Below, one piece after another: positions 48,984 through 58,727 of a DNA stretch of 64,000 nucleotides. The notes beneath the pieces are model-generated. The model saw only the letters and a list, made by a program, of their open reading frames with translations, was not told where the DNA came from and ran no database searches. A program made the translations under genes and the position numbers. This DNA is from Candidatus Multivoradales bacterium (GTDB lineage Bacteria > Acidobacteriota > Thermoanaerobaculia > Multivoradales > J023), in contig CBDFLE010000005.1 of NCBI GenBank assembly GCA_965248925.1, positions 480,001 to 544,000 of the forward strand, given 5' to 3'. The stretch's first letter is position 1. Each line of letters begins with the position of its first letter.

Positions 48984-49787
48984 ATGAAGCGAATTTCCGT
49001 GCCGACGACCGGCACCCTCCCAGAGTCTTGGCATGTGCACCTGCCGGTCTTCGAAGGTCCGCTGGATCTGCTGTTGCAGTTGATCCGGGTCAATAAGGTC
49101 GAGATCACCGACATTCCGGTGGCGTTGATCTGCGACCAGTACCACCAGTACCTGAATCTGATGGAGACCTTGGATCTCGATATCGCCGGCGACTATATCT
49201 ACATGGCGGCCTACCTGATCCACCTCAAGTCCAAGCTGTTGCTGCCGCGGCCCAAGGCTGATGTGGCGGGGGGCGAGCCGGAGGATCCGCGCCAACACCT
49301 AGTCGAGCGTCTGTTGGAATACCGCCGGCTGAAGGAGGCGGCGCAGACCCTGGCCGAGGTCGACGGGGTGCGTCGCGGCATGTGGGTTCGGCGCAGCGAC
49401 GAGATCCGGCGGATCACCAAGGCCGAGGTGCCGGATCTCGATCTCAGCGAGCTGTCGATGTTCGACTTGCTAAAGACCTTCAAGGGGGTTCTTGATCGCT
49501 TTGATCGCGAACACCCCGAACCGCTGCACCTGATCGGCGAGATGTATGCGGTGCGTGATCAGATCGAGCGCTTGCTGCGTCTGCTTGATGCCGCCAGACC
49601 GCACGATTTATTTGACGATTTACGGGCTTTGTCGTGTCGCCGCGAGGCGATCGCGGCCTTCTTGGCGGTTTTGGAGATGGCGAAGTTGAGCCTGCTACGG
49701 GTGCACCAGACCCGCGATGGCTCGGTGTTGCTCTACCGCACCACGCGGGAGCTTTCGGTGAGTGATTTGGAGGCGATTCAGGGATGA
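48984..49787 (+). CDS. scpA: Segregation/condensation protein A
   Basis: FEGPLDLLLQLI, KSKLLLP, LVERLLEY, FLAVLEMAK. Confidence 0.95.
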   Translation: MKRISVPTTGTLPESWHVHLPVFEGPLDLLLQLIRVNKVEITDIPVALICDQYHQYLNLMETLDLDIAGDYIYMAAYLIHLKSKLLLPRPKADVAGGEPEDPRQHLVERLLEYRRLKEAAQTLAEVDGVRRGMWVRRSDEIRRITKAEVPDLDLSELSMFDLLKTFKGVLDRFDREHPEPLHLIGEMYAVRDQIERLLRLLDAARPHDLFDDLRALSCRREAIAAFLAVLEMAKLSLLRVHQTRDGSVLLYRTTRELSVSDLEAIQG

Positions 49788-50614
49788 CCGAGCGGCAGGA
49801 TATGGAGGCAGTGCTGGAGGCTATCTTGTTCGTCGCGACCGAGCCGGTATCGCCGGACAAGATGCTCGAAGTATTTGCCGAACGCGAGCGGGTGGTGGCG
49901 GCGGCGGCCTTGGAGACGGTGCTTGAGCGCTATCAGGAGCAGAGTGGCCACGGAGTGCTGATCGACCGAGCGGCCGGCGGTTTGCGGCTGGTCAGCCGGC
50001 CCGATCTGCATGGCTATCTGCGGCGCTTTTTTGAGGTTAGCGGTAGTAACAAGCTGTCGATGGCGGGGCTCGAGACTTTGGCGATCATCGCCTATCGGCA
50101 ACCGATCACCGCACCGGAGATCCAGGAGCTGCGCGGAGTCAACTCGTCCGGGGTGCTGAAAACCCTGTTGGAGCGACGGTTGATTCGCATCAGCGGCCGC
50201 AAAGAGGTGGTGGGCAAGCCATTCTTATATGCCACGACGAGAGAGTTTCTGCTGCACTTTGGCCTTGCCGGGCTGAAGGAGCTGCCGCCGTTAGATGAGT
50301 TCGAAGAGTTGTTCGGGGCTGAACTCGAGTCGGGCGAGATGGAGAATTCTGCAACGGATCACGAAGAGGAAGTGCGGCGACAGATGGACGAATTGGAAAC
50401 TAGCGAAGCAACCGCCGAGAGTGATGCCGATGATCTACGCCAGGCCGCCGCAGAAGCCGACTTGCTGATCGCTGGTGAAGTGCCCAGCGACGTTGAAGAA
50501 GTTGTCGTCATGGCAGCAGACACGGCCCAGGCGAAGGCTGAAAAATACACCGATGAGACCGCTGGCGCAGCTCAAGTCGCAGTCCCTGAGCCGGTGGTCG
50601 AGGAGGTCGGCTGA
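49784..50614 (+). CDS. scpB: SMC-Scp complex subunit ScpB with an acidic tail
   Basis: LEAILF, LETLAIIAYRQPIT..EI..LRGV, GKPFLYATT.EFL..FGL..L.ELP. Confidence 0.95.
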   Translation: MTERQDMEAVLEAILFVATEPVSPDKMLEVFAERERVVAAAALETVLERYQEQSGHGVLIDRAAGGLRLVSRPDLHGYLRRFFEVSGSNKLSMAGLETLAIIAYRQPITAPEIQELRGVNSSGVLKTLLERRLIRISGRKEVVGKPFLYATTREFLLHFGLAGLKELPPLDEFEELFGAELESGEMENSATDHEEEVRRQMDELETSEATAESDADDLRQAAAEADLLIAGEVPSDVEEVVVMAADTAQAKAEKYTDETAGAAQVAVPEPVVEEVG

Positions 50615-51693
50615 TGGCCGAACGAATTCAGAAGATCCTCGCGCGGGCCGGCTTGGCGTCTCGCCGTCAAGCCGAGGAGATGATTCGCGATGGCCGGGTT
50701 ACGGTCAATGGCAAAGTGGCGCGGCTCGGAGACACCGCCGAGCTCGACAAAGACGCCGTCAAGCTCGATGGCCGGCGGGTCTCCACGCCTCAAGGGCCGC
50801 ATCGTTACCTCCTGGTCAACAAGCCACGCAACGTAGTCTCCACTCTGTCGGACCCACAGGGTCGGCCGACAGTGATTGATTTGGTGCCACAGAGCTTTCG
50901 CCGCGGCTTGTTCCCGGTTGGGCGTTTGGACTTCGATTCTGAAGGGCTACTTCTGCTCACCGACGACGGTGAGTTGGCCCAGCATGTCGCTCACCCCCGG
51001 TACGGCTGCGGTAAGACCTACGAGATCAAGGTTCGGGGAGTGCCTGACGAGGCGGCGCTCGACAAGCTGCGCCACGGCATCGTCTTGGAGGGGCGTCGTA
51101 CCGCGCCGGCCGAGATCACCCGGCGTACCGGCATCCGTGGCTCTCGGGATGCCACCACCAGTACCTGGTGGCGGGTGGTGCTGCGTGAGGGGCGCACGCG
51201 GCAGCTACGGCAGATGTTCTTGCGCATTGGCTGTTCAGTGATGCGTTTGCGCCGGGTGGCGGTGGGGCCGCTGCGCGACAGGAGCCTGCGTCGGGGCGAT
51301 TGGCGGCAACTTGGCGAAGCTGAGGTAGAACTGCTGCGGCGGGTCACCGCGCGGCCCAAGCCGAGAGTCACCGCGGCGAGTCGACCGCGTCGGGCGCGCG
51401 CAGCGTCCCTCCGATCCGCCGCTCCCCGCGGCGGTTCCTCGCGGGCGGCACGCGGGACGACCACTGGGGCTTCCCGTGCTCGCTCGGCGCGCGGCACTAC
51501 CGCTGCTCGCGGCGGTACAGTTCGCGGCGGTACAGCTCGATCCGGCGGTTCGGCTCGTGGCGCCCGTGGCGGCGCTCCTCGAGCAGCTTCTCGCGGTCGT
51601 CCGCGGCGCCCCAGAGAGGGTTCGCCCCGGGGAGGCGGCGTTCGGCGGCCGCGCGGTGTGCGCCGCGGACCGCGGCGAGGAGGGGGGCGGTGA
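50614..51693 (+). CDS. rluB: rRNA pseudouridine synthase (RluB/RsuA family) with an Arg/Gly-rich tail
   Basis: S4 domain ERIQKILARAGLASRR, NKP, VGRLDFDSEGLLLLT, EGRTRQLR. Confidence 0.9.
   Translation: MAERIQKILARAGLASRRQAEEMIRDGRVTVNGKVARLGDTAELDKDAVKLDGRRVSTPQGPHRYLLVNKPRNVVSTLSDPQGRPTVIDLVPQSFRRGLFPVGRLDFDSEGLLLLTDDGELAQHVAHPRYGCGKTYEIKVRGVPDEAALDKLRHGIVLEGRRTAPAEITRRTGIRGSRDATTSTWWRVVLREGRTRQLRQMFLRIGCSVMRLRRVAVGPLRDRSLRRGDWRQLGEAEVELLRRVTARPKPRVTAASRPRRARAASLRSAAPRGGSSRAARGTTTGASRARSARGTTAARGGTVRGGTARSGGSARGARGGAPRAASRGRPRRPREGSPRGGGVRRPRGVRRGPRRGGGR
51345..51690 (+). repeat. Low-complexity RGG/ARG-type coding repeat
   Basis: Near-tandem 15-mer CGCGGCGGTACAG(T/C)T at 51508-51537 within degenerate ARGTT/ARGG units. 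Confidence 0.7.
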
Positions 51694-52373
51694 GCGCTTT
51701 GGTGGTGGCGATCGATGGCCCTTCCGGGGTTGGCAAGAGCACCACGGCTCGCCGTCTGGCTGAGCGGCTGGGTGTTCCGGTGCTTGACACTGGAGCCATG
51801 TATCGCGCCGCGGCTTTGCATGTGCTGCGCAATGGGGTCTCGCCCGCTGAGCGACCGCGCGCGGTAGAGCTGGCGGTGGCGGCACCGGTCGAGGTGCGCA
51901 AGACCTCTGATGGTGCGCTCGAAGTGCTGCTCGGTGGTGAGTCAGTGGAACCCGCCATCCGCACTCCAGAGGTGGCCGATGCGACCTCTCGCTTGTCGGT
52001 GGAGGAAGCGGTGCGGCGGCGAATGGTCGAGCTGCAAAGACGTTCTGCTGAACTCGCCGGAGCGGTGGTCGAGGGACGGGACATTGGCACGGTGGTGTTT
52101 CCCGACACTCCTTATAAGTTCTTTCTCGACGCCGATCCGGAAATCCGCGCCGCTCGCCGCCACCGCCAGCTCGCCGGCTCGGCCGCCGACAAGTCGCTTC
52201 GGGTTCTGCGCAGTGAGCTTGAGGCTCGCGATGCCCGCGATCGCGAAAGGCGGTTGGCGCCGTTGCGTTGCGACCCGAGTTACCAGCGGATCGATACCTC
52301 CCGGTTCTCATTAGAAGAGGTAGTAGAGCAGATGATGCTCCGAGTCCGTGGTGGTGCTGGGCCAGCGTCTTAA
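51690..52373 (+). CDS. cmk: Cytidylate kinase
   Basis: AIDGPSGVGKST, LDTGAMYR, EGRDIGTVVFP. Confidence 0.96.
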   Translation: MSALVVAIDGPSGVGKSTTARRLAERLGVPVLDTGAMYRAAALHVLRNGVSPAERPRAVELAVAAPVEVRKTSDGALEVLLGGESVEPAIRTPEVADATSRLSVEEAVRRRMVELQRRSAELAGAVVEGRDIGTVVFPDTPYKFFLDADPEIRAARRHRQLAGSAADKSLRVLRSELEARDARDRERRLAPLRCDPSYQRIDTSRFSLEEVVEQMMLRVRGGAGPAS

Positions 52374-52437
52374 CGGCGCTAAGGAGCGCAGAATTTCATC
52401 TTCAGCGGGGTGGTGAGAGGGATCGTGGCTGCGGCTG

Positions 52438-52466
52438 TTGACACCTCGTAAACGCACACCTATACT
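52438..52466 (+). promoter_or_regulatory. Near-consensus sigma70 promoter of rpsA
   Basis: TTGACA, 17-nt spacer, TATACT. Confidence 0.85.
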
Positions 52467-52642
52467 CCAACGTCCCGAGTTCTCAGGCACTTACCGACGC
52501 AACGCCGGGTCCCAAGGTGCCCGGACGAACTCGCAGATTCGGCCGTTTGCAGCGAGAGCCATCTCGGCACACGACCCCCAGGCGGGCGGCGTTCGCCCGC
52601 GAAATCGATAACTTCCGACTGCAATTCCCCAGGTCAACAACA

Positions 52643-54619
52643 ATGACAGAACCCAATGACGAGGCGGTGATCGAGGCCGAGACCTTGAGTACCGGACTCG
52701 ACGCCAAGGCGATCTTAGACGCCGGTGGAGAGCTGAGCTACGAACAGCTCGTCGCACTCTATGACGAGAGCATGCGACACCTTGAAGAGGGCGAGCTGGT
52801 AAAGGGCCAGGTCGTCGACATCACCGCTAACGAAGTAGTGGTGGATGTCGGATATAAGTCCGAGGGGTTGATCCCGCGGCAAGAATTCACTGACCATTCC
52901 GGCGAACTCAAGATAGAGATCGGCGATGAGGTCGAAGTTTTACTCGAGAAGACCGAAGACGCGGAAGGCCATGTGCTGCTGTCCAAGCACAAGGCCGAGC
53001 GGATGCGGGTGTGGCAAGAGATCGAAACGGCCTACAAAGATGGCAAGATCATCAGTGGTCGGGTGGTTGATCGCATCAAGGGCGGCCTGACGGTCGACGT
53101 CGGCTTGCGGGCCTTTCTACCCGGCTCCCTGGTCGACATCAAGCCGGTCAAGCATCTTGAGTCGATGAAGGGCCAGGAGTTCGAGTTCAAGGTCATCAGT
53201 CTCGATCGGCGGCGCAATAACATCGTCTTGTCGCGCAAGGCCGTGCTGGAGAAGGAATTCGCCAAGAAAAAGTCCGAGACGATTCTCAAGCTGGTCGAGG
53301 GCGCGCGCCTACCGGGCGTGGTCAAGAACATCACCGACTATGGTGTGTTCATCGACCTCGGCGGAATCGACGGCCTGTTGCACATCACCGACATCTCTTG
53401 GGGCCGGGTCAACCATCCTTCAGAGCACTTCTCGGTCGGCGACGAGACCGAGATCGTGATCCTCAAATTCGATCCCGAGACCGAGCGTGTTTCGCTGGGC
53501 TACAAACAGCGCAGTGAGGATCCCTGGACTTTGGTCGATAAGAAGTACCCGATCGGTTCGCGCGTCCAGGGCAAGGTGGTCAGCTTGGTGGACTACGGCG
53601 CCTTTGTCGAGATCGAGGAAGGGGTTGAAGGTCTGATCCACGTCAGTGAGATGTCCTGGACCAAGAAGGTGGTCAATCCATCGAAACTGGTAACGGTTGG
53701 CGAGGAGGTCGAAGCGATCGTCTCCGAACTCGACATGGGCCAGCGACGGATCAGCCTGTCTTTGCGGCAGACCGAGCGCAACCCTTGGGAAGAGCTGGCC
53801 GACAGCTTCCCGATTGGCTCGATCATCGAGGGCAAGGTCCGTAACCTCACCGAGTTCGGTGCTTTCGTCGAGATCACCGATGATATCGATGGCCTGATCC
53901 ACGTCTCTGACATGAGCTGGACTAAACGCGTCAAGCACCCCAGCGAAGTGTTGAAGAAGGGCGAGCTAGTCAAAGCCCGGATCACCAACATCGATGTCGG
54001 CAACCAGCGGGTTTCCCTGTCGATCAAGGAGTTCCTGCCCAACGAGTGGGACAACTTCGTCGAGAAGTACATGGTGGGTGACACCTTGGACGGCAAGGTC
54101 GTCAACGTCACCGACTTCGGTCTCTTTATCGATATCTACCAGGGCCTCGAAGGTCTGGCTCACATCAGTGAGATCGACCTGCCGGGGGGCAAGCTGGAAG
54201 ACCGCTACCGGGTTGGTGAGTGGGTCAGCGCCCGCATTCTGCGAATCGAGGAAGAAGACAAGAAGGTGGGCTTGACGATGCGTGGCGTGCCGCAGCCTTC
54301 GCCTGAAGAGATACCGGAACTCGAAGCGGCAGCTGCTGCTGAGCGCGGCATCTCTCTCGCTGTCGTTAGCGTGGAGGAACCGGCCGAGGAAGCTGCGGCG
54401 GAAGAGGTTCCTAGTGAAGCAGCAGCTGCTGAGGAAACCGCGGCTAGCGCAACCGAGGCAGAGGAGACCGCGAGCGAAGAGCTGGCTGCCGAGGCTGAAG
54501 AAGAGGTGGCCGAAGAGCCGGCTGCCGAGGAGGCTGGTGCCGAGGAAGCTGAAGAAGCTACCGAAGTTTCGGCAGAGGTGGAGGCGGCGGCTGAGTCGGA
54601 CGACAAGTCGGACGCCTAG
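52643..54619 (+). CDS. rpsA: 30S ribosomal protein S1 with a long Glu/Ala tail
   Basis: Six S1 repeats (DVGYKSEG, RAFLPGS, YGVFIDLGGIDGLLH, YGAFVE, FGAFVE, FGLFID). ATG 52643 follows an A/C-rich stretch with no clear SD. Confidence 0.96.
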   Translation: MTEPNDEAVIEAETLSTGLDAKAILDAGGELSYEQLVALYDESMRHLEEGELVKGQVVDITANEVVVDVGYKSEGLIPRQEFTDHSGELKIEIGDEVEVLLEKTEDAEGHVLLSKHKAERMRVWQEIETAYKDGKIISGRVVDRIKGGLTVDVGLRAFLPGSLVDIKPVKHLESMKGQEFEFKVISLDRRRNNIVLSRKAVLEKEFAKKKSETILKLVEGARLPGVVKNITDYGVFIDLGGIDGLLHITDISWGRVNHPSEHFSVGDETEIVILKFDPETERVSLGYKQRSEDPWTLVDKKYPIGSRVQGKVVSLVDYGAFVEIEEGVEGLIHVSEMSWTKKVVNPSKLVTVGEEVEAIVSELDMGQRRISLSLRQTERNPWEELADSFPIGSIIEGKVRNLTEFGAFVEITDDIDGLIHVSDMSWTKRVKHPSEVLKKGELVKARITNIDVGNQRVSLSIKEFLPNEWDNFVEKYMVGDTLDGKVVNVTDFGLFIDIYQGLEGLAHISEIDLPGGKLEDRYRVGEWVSARILRIEEEDKKVGLTMRGVPQPSPEEIPELEAAAAAERGISLAVVSVEEPAEEAAAEEVPSEAAAAEETAASATEAEETASEELAAEAEEEVAEEPAAEEAGAEEAEEATEVSAEVEAAAESDDKSDA

Positions 54620-54676
54620 GTCGTCGATGGTGATCAATCCGTTGCGGAGGAGCGCACTGTGCCGACTCGCGATGCT

Positions 54677-54958
54677 ATGACCAAAGCAGAACTCGTGGAA
54701 CGTGTCGCGAGTATGACGCAGTTGACTAAAAAGCATGCCGAGATCATTGTCAACACGGTCTTCGAGAGTATTGTCCGGTCGCTAAGATCGGGAGAGAAGA
54801 TCGAGTTGCGGGGTTTCGGTAGCTTTCGAATTCGTCAGCGGGGGGCGCGTATTGGGCGCAATCCGAAGACGGGCGCGAAGGTCAACGTACCTGCGAAGCG
54901 GATCCCATACTTCAAGCCTGGTAAGGAGCTCAAAGAGCTTCTTAACCAGAAGCCCTGA
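54677..54958 (+). CDS. ihfB: Integration host factor beta / HU family protein
   Basis: MTKAELV, IELRGFGSF, GRNPKTG, PYFKPGKELKE. Confidence 0.88.
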   Translation: MTKAELVERVASMTQLTKKHAEIIVNTVFESIVRSLRSGEKIELRGFGSFRIRQRGARIGRNPKTGAKVNVPAKRIPYFKPGKELKELLNQKP

Positions 54959-54968
54959 CGGTTCCTAG

Positions 54969-54998
54969 CCCGGTGGAGGTCTTCTCCTCCGGGCTTTA
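54969..54998 (+). terminator. Possible intrinsic terminator after ihfB
   Basis: CCCGG.GGAG[GUCUU]CUCC.CCGGG followed by CUUUAA (short U-tract). Confidence 0.4.
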
Positions 54999-55020
54999 AG
55001 CGAAGTCCGTGGAGACCAAC

Positions 55021-55488
55021 ATGGCCAAAAAGCGCACCGTGAAGGGATCCGGTGCCAAGGTAAAGAAGAGCGCTGCTCGAGAGCGGGTCAGCCAGTCGGC
55101 CAAGGCTCCGGCGATCGCCTACGTGGCGTCGTTCTGCGCCTGGTTGGTGCCCGGATCGGGGCACCTGATGCTCGGCCGGCGGGGTCGTGGGCTTGCTTTT
55201 GCCGTGTTGGTTCTGGCAGCAGTGGCGCTGGGTTGTTTGTTGCACGGCCAGCTGTGGAGTACTTTTCGCGGCTCGCCGCTATTGATCTTGCGCAGCTTGG
55301 GCTGTCTGGGCTCTGGTTTGCCTTACTTTGCTCTGCTGCTGAGCGATTATAGTGGCCAAATCGAGAGCGTCAGCTTTGACTATGGCAGCGCTTTCCTGGT
55401 CACCGGCGGGCTGATGAACTTTCTCCTGGTCTTGGATACCTGGGACATCGCTACCGGCCGCAAGCCTGATGGAGACGGCGAGCAATGA
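55021..55488 (+). CDS. Membrane protein (DUF6677-like)
   Basis: AWLVPGSGHL.LGR..RG and GLMNFLLVLD; several TM segments. Confidence 0.7.
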   Translation: MAKKRTVKGSGAKVKKSAARERVSQSAKAPAIAYVASFCAWLVPGSGHLMLGRRGRGLAFAVLVLAAVALGCLLHGQLWSTFRGSPLLILRSLGCLGSGLPYFALLLSDYSGQIESVSFDYGSAFLVTGGLMNFLLVLDTWDIATGRKPDGDGEQ

Positions 55489-55676
55489 GTCATCTAGTAT
55501 TGATGGTGACCTACGCCGCCTTGGTTGGCGTCTTCTTCGCCCTCTTGTGGAAGCGTCAGCGAGCGGCGCAGGTCAAATTGTTCGCCAAGATCTTTCTCGG
55601 CCTGGTAATTGGCGGCTGGGTGATCGCTTGGTTGATGTTTTCCTTCCCGTCGGGGCCCCCTTCGCCTATTCCATGA
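55485..55676 (+). CDS. Small two-TM membrane protein
   Basis: ATGA-coupled to the upstream gene; two hydrophobic helices. Confidence 0.65.
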   Translation: MSHLVLMVTYAALVGVFFALLWKRQRAAQVKLFAKIFLGLVIGGWVIAWLMFSFPSGPPSPIP

Positions 55677-55686
55677 GCTTCGCTCG

Positions 55687-56832
55687 ATGAGCAAGACAGA
55701 TCTTCTGGTAGTAGCGGGCGAGGCCTCTGGCGACCTGCACGGTGCCCGTTTGCTCGCTCATCTGGCTGAGTTGGAGCCCGGCTTGCGGGCTTTTGGTCTT
55801 GGCGGCCAGGAGATGGCTGCCGGGGGCTTCGAGGCGCTCGCCGAGAGTTCTGAAATCTCGGTGGTGGGCTTCACCGAGGTGCTGAAAATTTTGCGCCGAG
55901 CACGCCAGATTTACTTTCAATTGTTGGCTGAGGTCGAGCGCCGCGGGGTCCGTCGCGCGCTGCTGATTGACTCGCCCGGTTTCAACTTGCGCCTGGCTCG
56001 GCAGCTGCATCGCCGTGGGGTGCAAGTGGTCTATTACATCAGTCCTCAGGTTTGGGCTTGGCGGCGCGGACGGGTGAAGACCATCGCCGCCAACATCGAC
56101 CGAATGCTGGTGTTGTTTCCCTTCGAAGTCGATTTCTACCAAAGCCATGGGGTCGCCGCAGTGCATGTTGGCCATCCATTGGTCGATGAGGTGCCCAAGC
56201 CCGAGTTTCAGGCTTGGGACAGGCCGCGGCGCGAGGGAGAGGAGTTTTCTGTTGCTTTGATGCCCGGCTCGAGACCCAGTGAAGTTCGCGTCCTGCTACC
56301 CGAGCTGTTGCAAGCGGGGCGTCAGCTGGGCCAGCGGCTGCCGGTCAAGCTGCTCTTGATTCAAGCACCCACTTTGGCCGAGTCGTTGCTGGATGAACTC
56401 GTTGCCAAATCCGGCGTGGCGGTCGAGAGGGTGCGGGAGGATCGCTTGCAGGTGATTGCCGACTGCCATTTGGCGATTTGCGCTTCAGGTACCGCCACCC
56501 TCGAAGTTGGTTTGCTCGGCACTCCCATGGTGGTGGTCTATAAGTTGAGTCCGTTGAGTTACTGGTTGGGTCGGCTATTGGTCGATTTGCCGCAGTTCAG
56601 CATGGTCAACCTGGTGTTGGGGGCTGGTGTCGTGCCTGAGCTGTTGCAAGGAGCTGCATCTGCGGCGGGGATCAGCGACGAAGCCGCCAGCTTGTTGGAG
56701 TCGCCAGCAGCGATCGATGCCATGCGCCGTTCGATGCTTGAGCTACGTCCTCGTTTGGGCAGCAGTGGCGCTAGCGCCCGCGCGGCTGCCGAGGTGGCCG
56801 ATTGTTGGCGCCTTGGAGTGGCCGCGAGATGA
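55687..56832 (+). CDS. lpxB: Lipid-A-disaccharide synthase
   Basis: AGEASGDLHG, IDSPGFN, YYISPQVWAWR, LFPFE, VGHPL, PGSR, SGTATLE. Confidence 0.96.
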   Translation: MSKTDLLVVAGEASGDLHGARLLAHLAELEPGLRAFGLGGQEMAAGGFEALAESSEISVVGFTEVLKILRRARQIYFQLLAEVERRGVRRALLIDSPGFNLRLARQLHRRGVQVVYYISPQVWAWRRGRVKTIAANIDRMLVLFPFEVDFYQSHGVAAVHVGHPLVDEVPKPEFQAWDRPRREGEEFSVALMPGSRPSEVRVLLPELLQAGRQLGQRLPVKLLLIQAPTLAESLLDELVAKSGVAVERVREDRLQVIADCHLAICASGTATLEVGLLGTPMVVVYKLSPLSYWLGRLLVDLPQFSMVNLVLGAGVVPELLQGAASAAGISDEAASLLESPAAIDAMRRSMLELRPRLGSSGASARAAAEVADCWRLGVAAR

Positions 56833-58727
56833 GTTTCGCTCGCTTCTTTTGGCCCTACTTGCGCGGCTATCGTCGGTGGATTCTTGGCGCTGCCCTCAGC
56901 ATTTCGGTGTTCTTCGCCGCCAGCGTGCTGCTCTTTGGTTTGATCCGGCCGATTTTTGTCAACGTTCTCGATGCCGAGGAAGAGGTGCCGAAAATACTCC
57001 GCACCAGCGTTGAGGACGCGGTGGACTCTGCCGAGCAAGGCGGCCTGGTGGAACGTTGGGCAGCCTCGCTCAATCTGCAAGTGTTAGTCGACCGGGCTTT
57101 CGACCGAGTGGCGGCGGCGATTGCCCTGCCGACCTATGCGCTGGTACCACTCTTGCTCTGGTTGTTCTTCCTACTACGCAGCGTTGCTGCTTTCGCCAAC
57201 GGCTATCTCTTCCAGAAAATCGGTCTGGGCGCTACTAACGATCTGCGCAACGATCTCTACCGCACGATTCTGCGTCAGTCGAGCCGTTTCTACGCCGAAC
57301 ACCCTTCCGGTGAGTTGCTCAGCCGGATTGGCAACGACGTGCAGGTCTTGCAGAATGTGGTGACGACCCGCTTACTTGATTTGGTGCAGCACTCGATTAC
57401 TTTGCTGGTGTTGATCTGGCTGCTGTTGTCGACCCACTGGGTATTTGGTTTGATCACCCTGGTGGTGGCGCCGGCCGTGGTGGTGCCGATTGTGCGCTTC
57501 GGCCGCGGCATGTTCAAGACCAGTCGGCACACGCAGGAGCGGATGGCCGAGCTGGCCAACTTGGTCAACGAGGCGGTGCGCGGCCATCGGGTGGTCAAGG
57601 CTTTTGGCATGGAGGGCTTCGAAGAGAGCCGCTTCCGAGCCGCCGCGGATCGCCACTTGTTGGTGAAACTGCGCGCTCAGCTGATCGCCACCGCTTCAAG
57701 TCCGGTGGTCGAGACCTTGATCGTCACCGGCGGTGCGGTGCTGCTGTTCTACGCCGGACGGGCGGTGGCAAGCGGCGATGTCGGTTCGGCTCAGCTGGTT
57801 ACCTTCTTGACTACCTTGGCGTTGATCCAAGATCCGGTGAGGAGGCTGAACAAGGTCAATTTGACTCTGCAAGAGTCGCTCGCCTGCGGCCAGCGGGTGC
57901 AAGAGCTGATCGCCATGCCCAATGAAATCGTCGACTCCGAGGGCACGGAGACTCTAGCCGCCTTGGGTCAGGGGTTGCACTTTGAGGCAGTGAGTTTCGC
58001 CTACGAAGATGACCTCGTGCTGGATCGGATCGACCTGCGAGTGCAGCCGGGTGAGACGATCGCATTAGTGGGGCCCTCCGGGGCTGGTAAGACCACTCTG
58101 GTCAACCTGGTGCCCCGATTCTTCGATCCCAGCCAAGGAGCGGTACGGATCGATGGCCACGACCTGCGGCAGGTCAGCCTGGCCAGCCTGCGAGCCCTGA
58201 TTGGCGTCGTCACCCAGGACACCGTGTTGTTCAATGACACCGTGCGCGACAACATCGCCTACGGGCGCTCTGATCTCTCGCTAGAGCGGGTACGGGCGGC
58301 GGCTCAAGCGGCGCACGCCGACGAGTTCATCATAGCCTTGCCGAAAGGCTATGACACGTTGATTGGCGAGAGTGGCTTGAAGCTCTCCGGCGGTCAGCGG
58401 CAGAGACTGGCGATCGCCCGCGCCTTGGTCAAGGATCCGCCGATTTTGATTCTCGATGAAGCTACCTCACACCTCGACAGCGCCTCCGAAGCGCTGGTGC
58501 AAGAAGCCTTGGACAATCTGATGCGGGGCCGCACCGTCCTGGTGGTGGCGCATCGTTTGTCGACCGTGCGGCGCGCCGATCGCATTATCGTAATGGACGG
58601 TGGCAGAATCGTCGAGGCTGGGAGCCATCGCCAGCTGCTGGCCGCAGGGGGTGCCTATCGCCGGTTGCACGATCTGAATTTGGCCTCTCCCGACGCAGGC
58701 ACGGCTGAGGAGCAAGAAGATGCGTAG
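56829..58727 (+). CDS. msbA: MsbA-like ABC exporter (TMD + NBD)
   Basis: GPSGAGKT, LSGGQRQR, ILDEATS, VAHRLST. Coupled to lpxB by an ATGA overlap at 56829. Confidence 0.85.
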   Translation: MSFARFFWPYLRGYRRWILGAALSISVFFAASVLLFGLIRPIFVNVLDAEEEVPKILRTSVEDAVDSAEQGGLVERWAASLNLQVLVDRAFDRVAAAIALPTYALVPLLLWLFFLLRSVAAFANGYLFQKIGLGATNDLRNDLYRTILRQSSRFYAEHPSGELLSRIGNDVQVLQNVVTTRLLDLVQHSITLLVLIWLLLSTHWVFGLITLVVAPAVVVPIVRFGRGMFKTSRHTQERMAELANLVNEAVRGHRVVKAFGMEGFEESRFRAAADRHLLVKLRAQLIATASSPVVETLIVTGGAVLLFYAGRAVASGDVGSAQLVTFLTTLALIQDPVRRLNKVNLTLQESLACGQRVQELIAMPNEIVDSEGTETLAALGQGLHFEAVSFAYEDDLVLDRIDLRVQPGETIALVGPSGAGKTTLVNLVPRFFDPSQGAVRIDGHDLRQVSLASLRALIGVVTQDTVLFNDTVRDNIAYGRSDLSLERVRAAAQAAHADEFIIALPKGYDTLIGESGLKLSGGQRQRLAIARALVKDPPILILDEATSHLDSASEALVQEALDNLMRGRTVLVVAHRLSTVRRADRIIVMDGGRIVEAGSHRQLLAAGGAYRRLHDLNLASPDAGTAEEQEDA

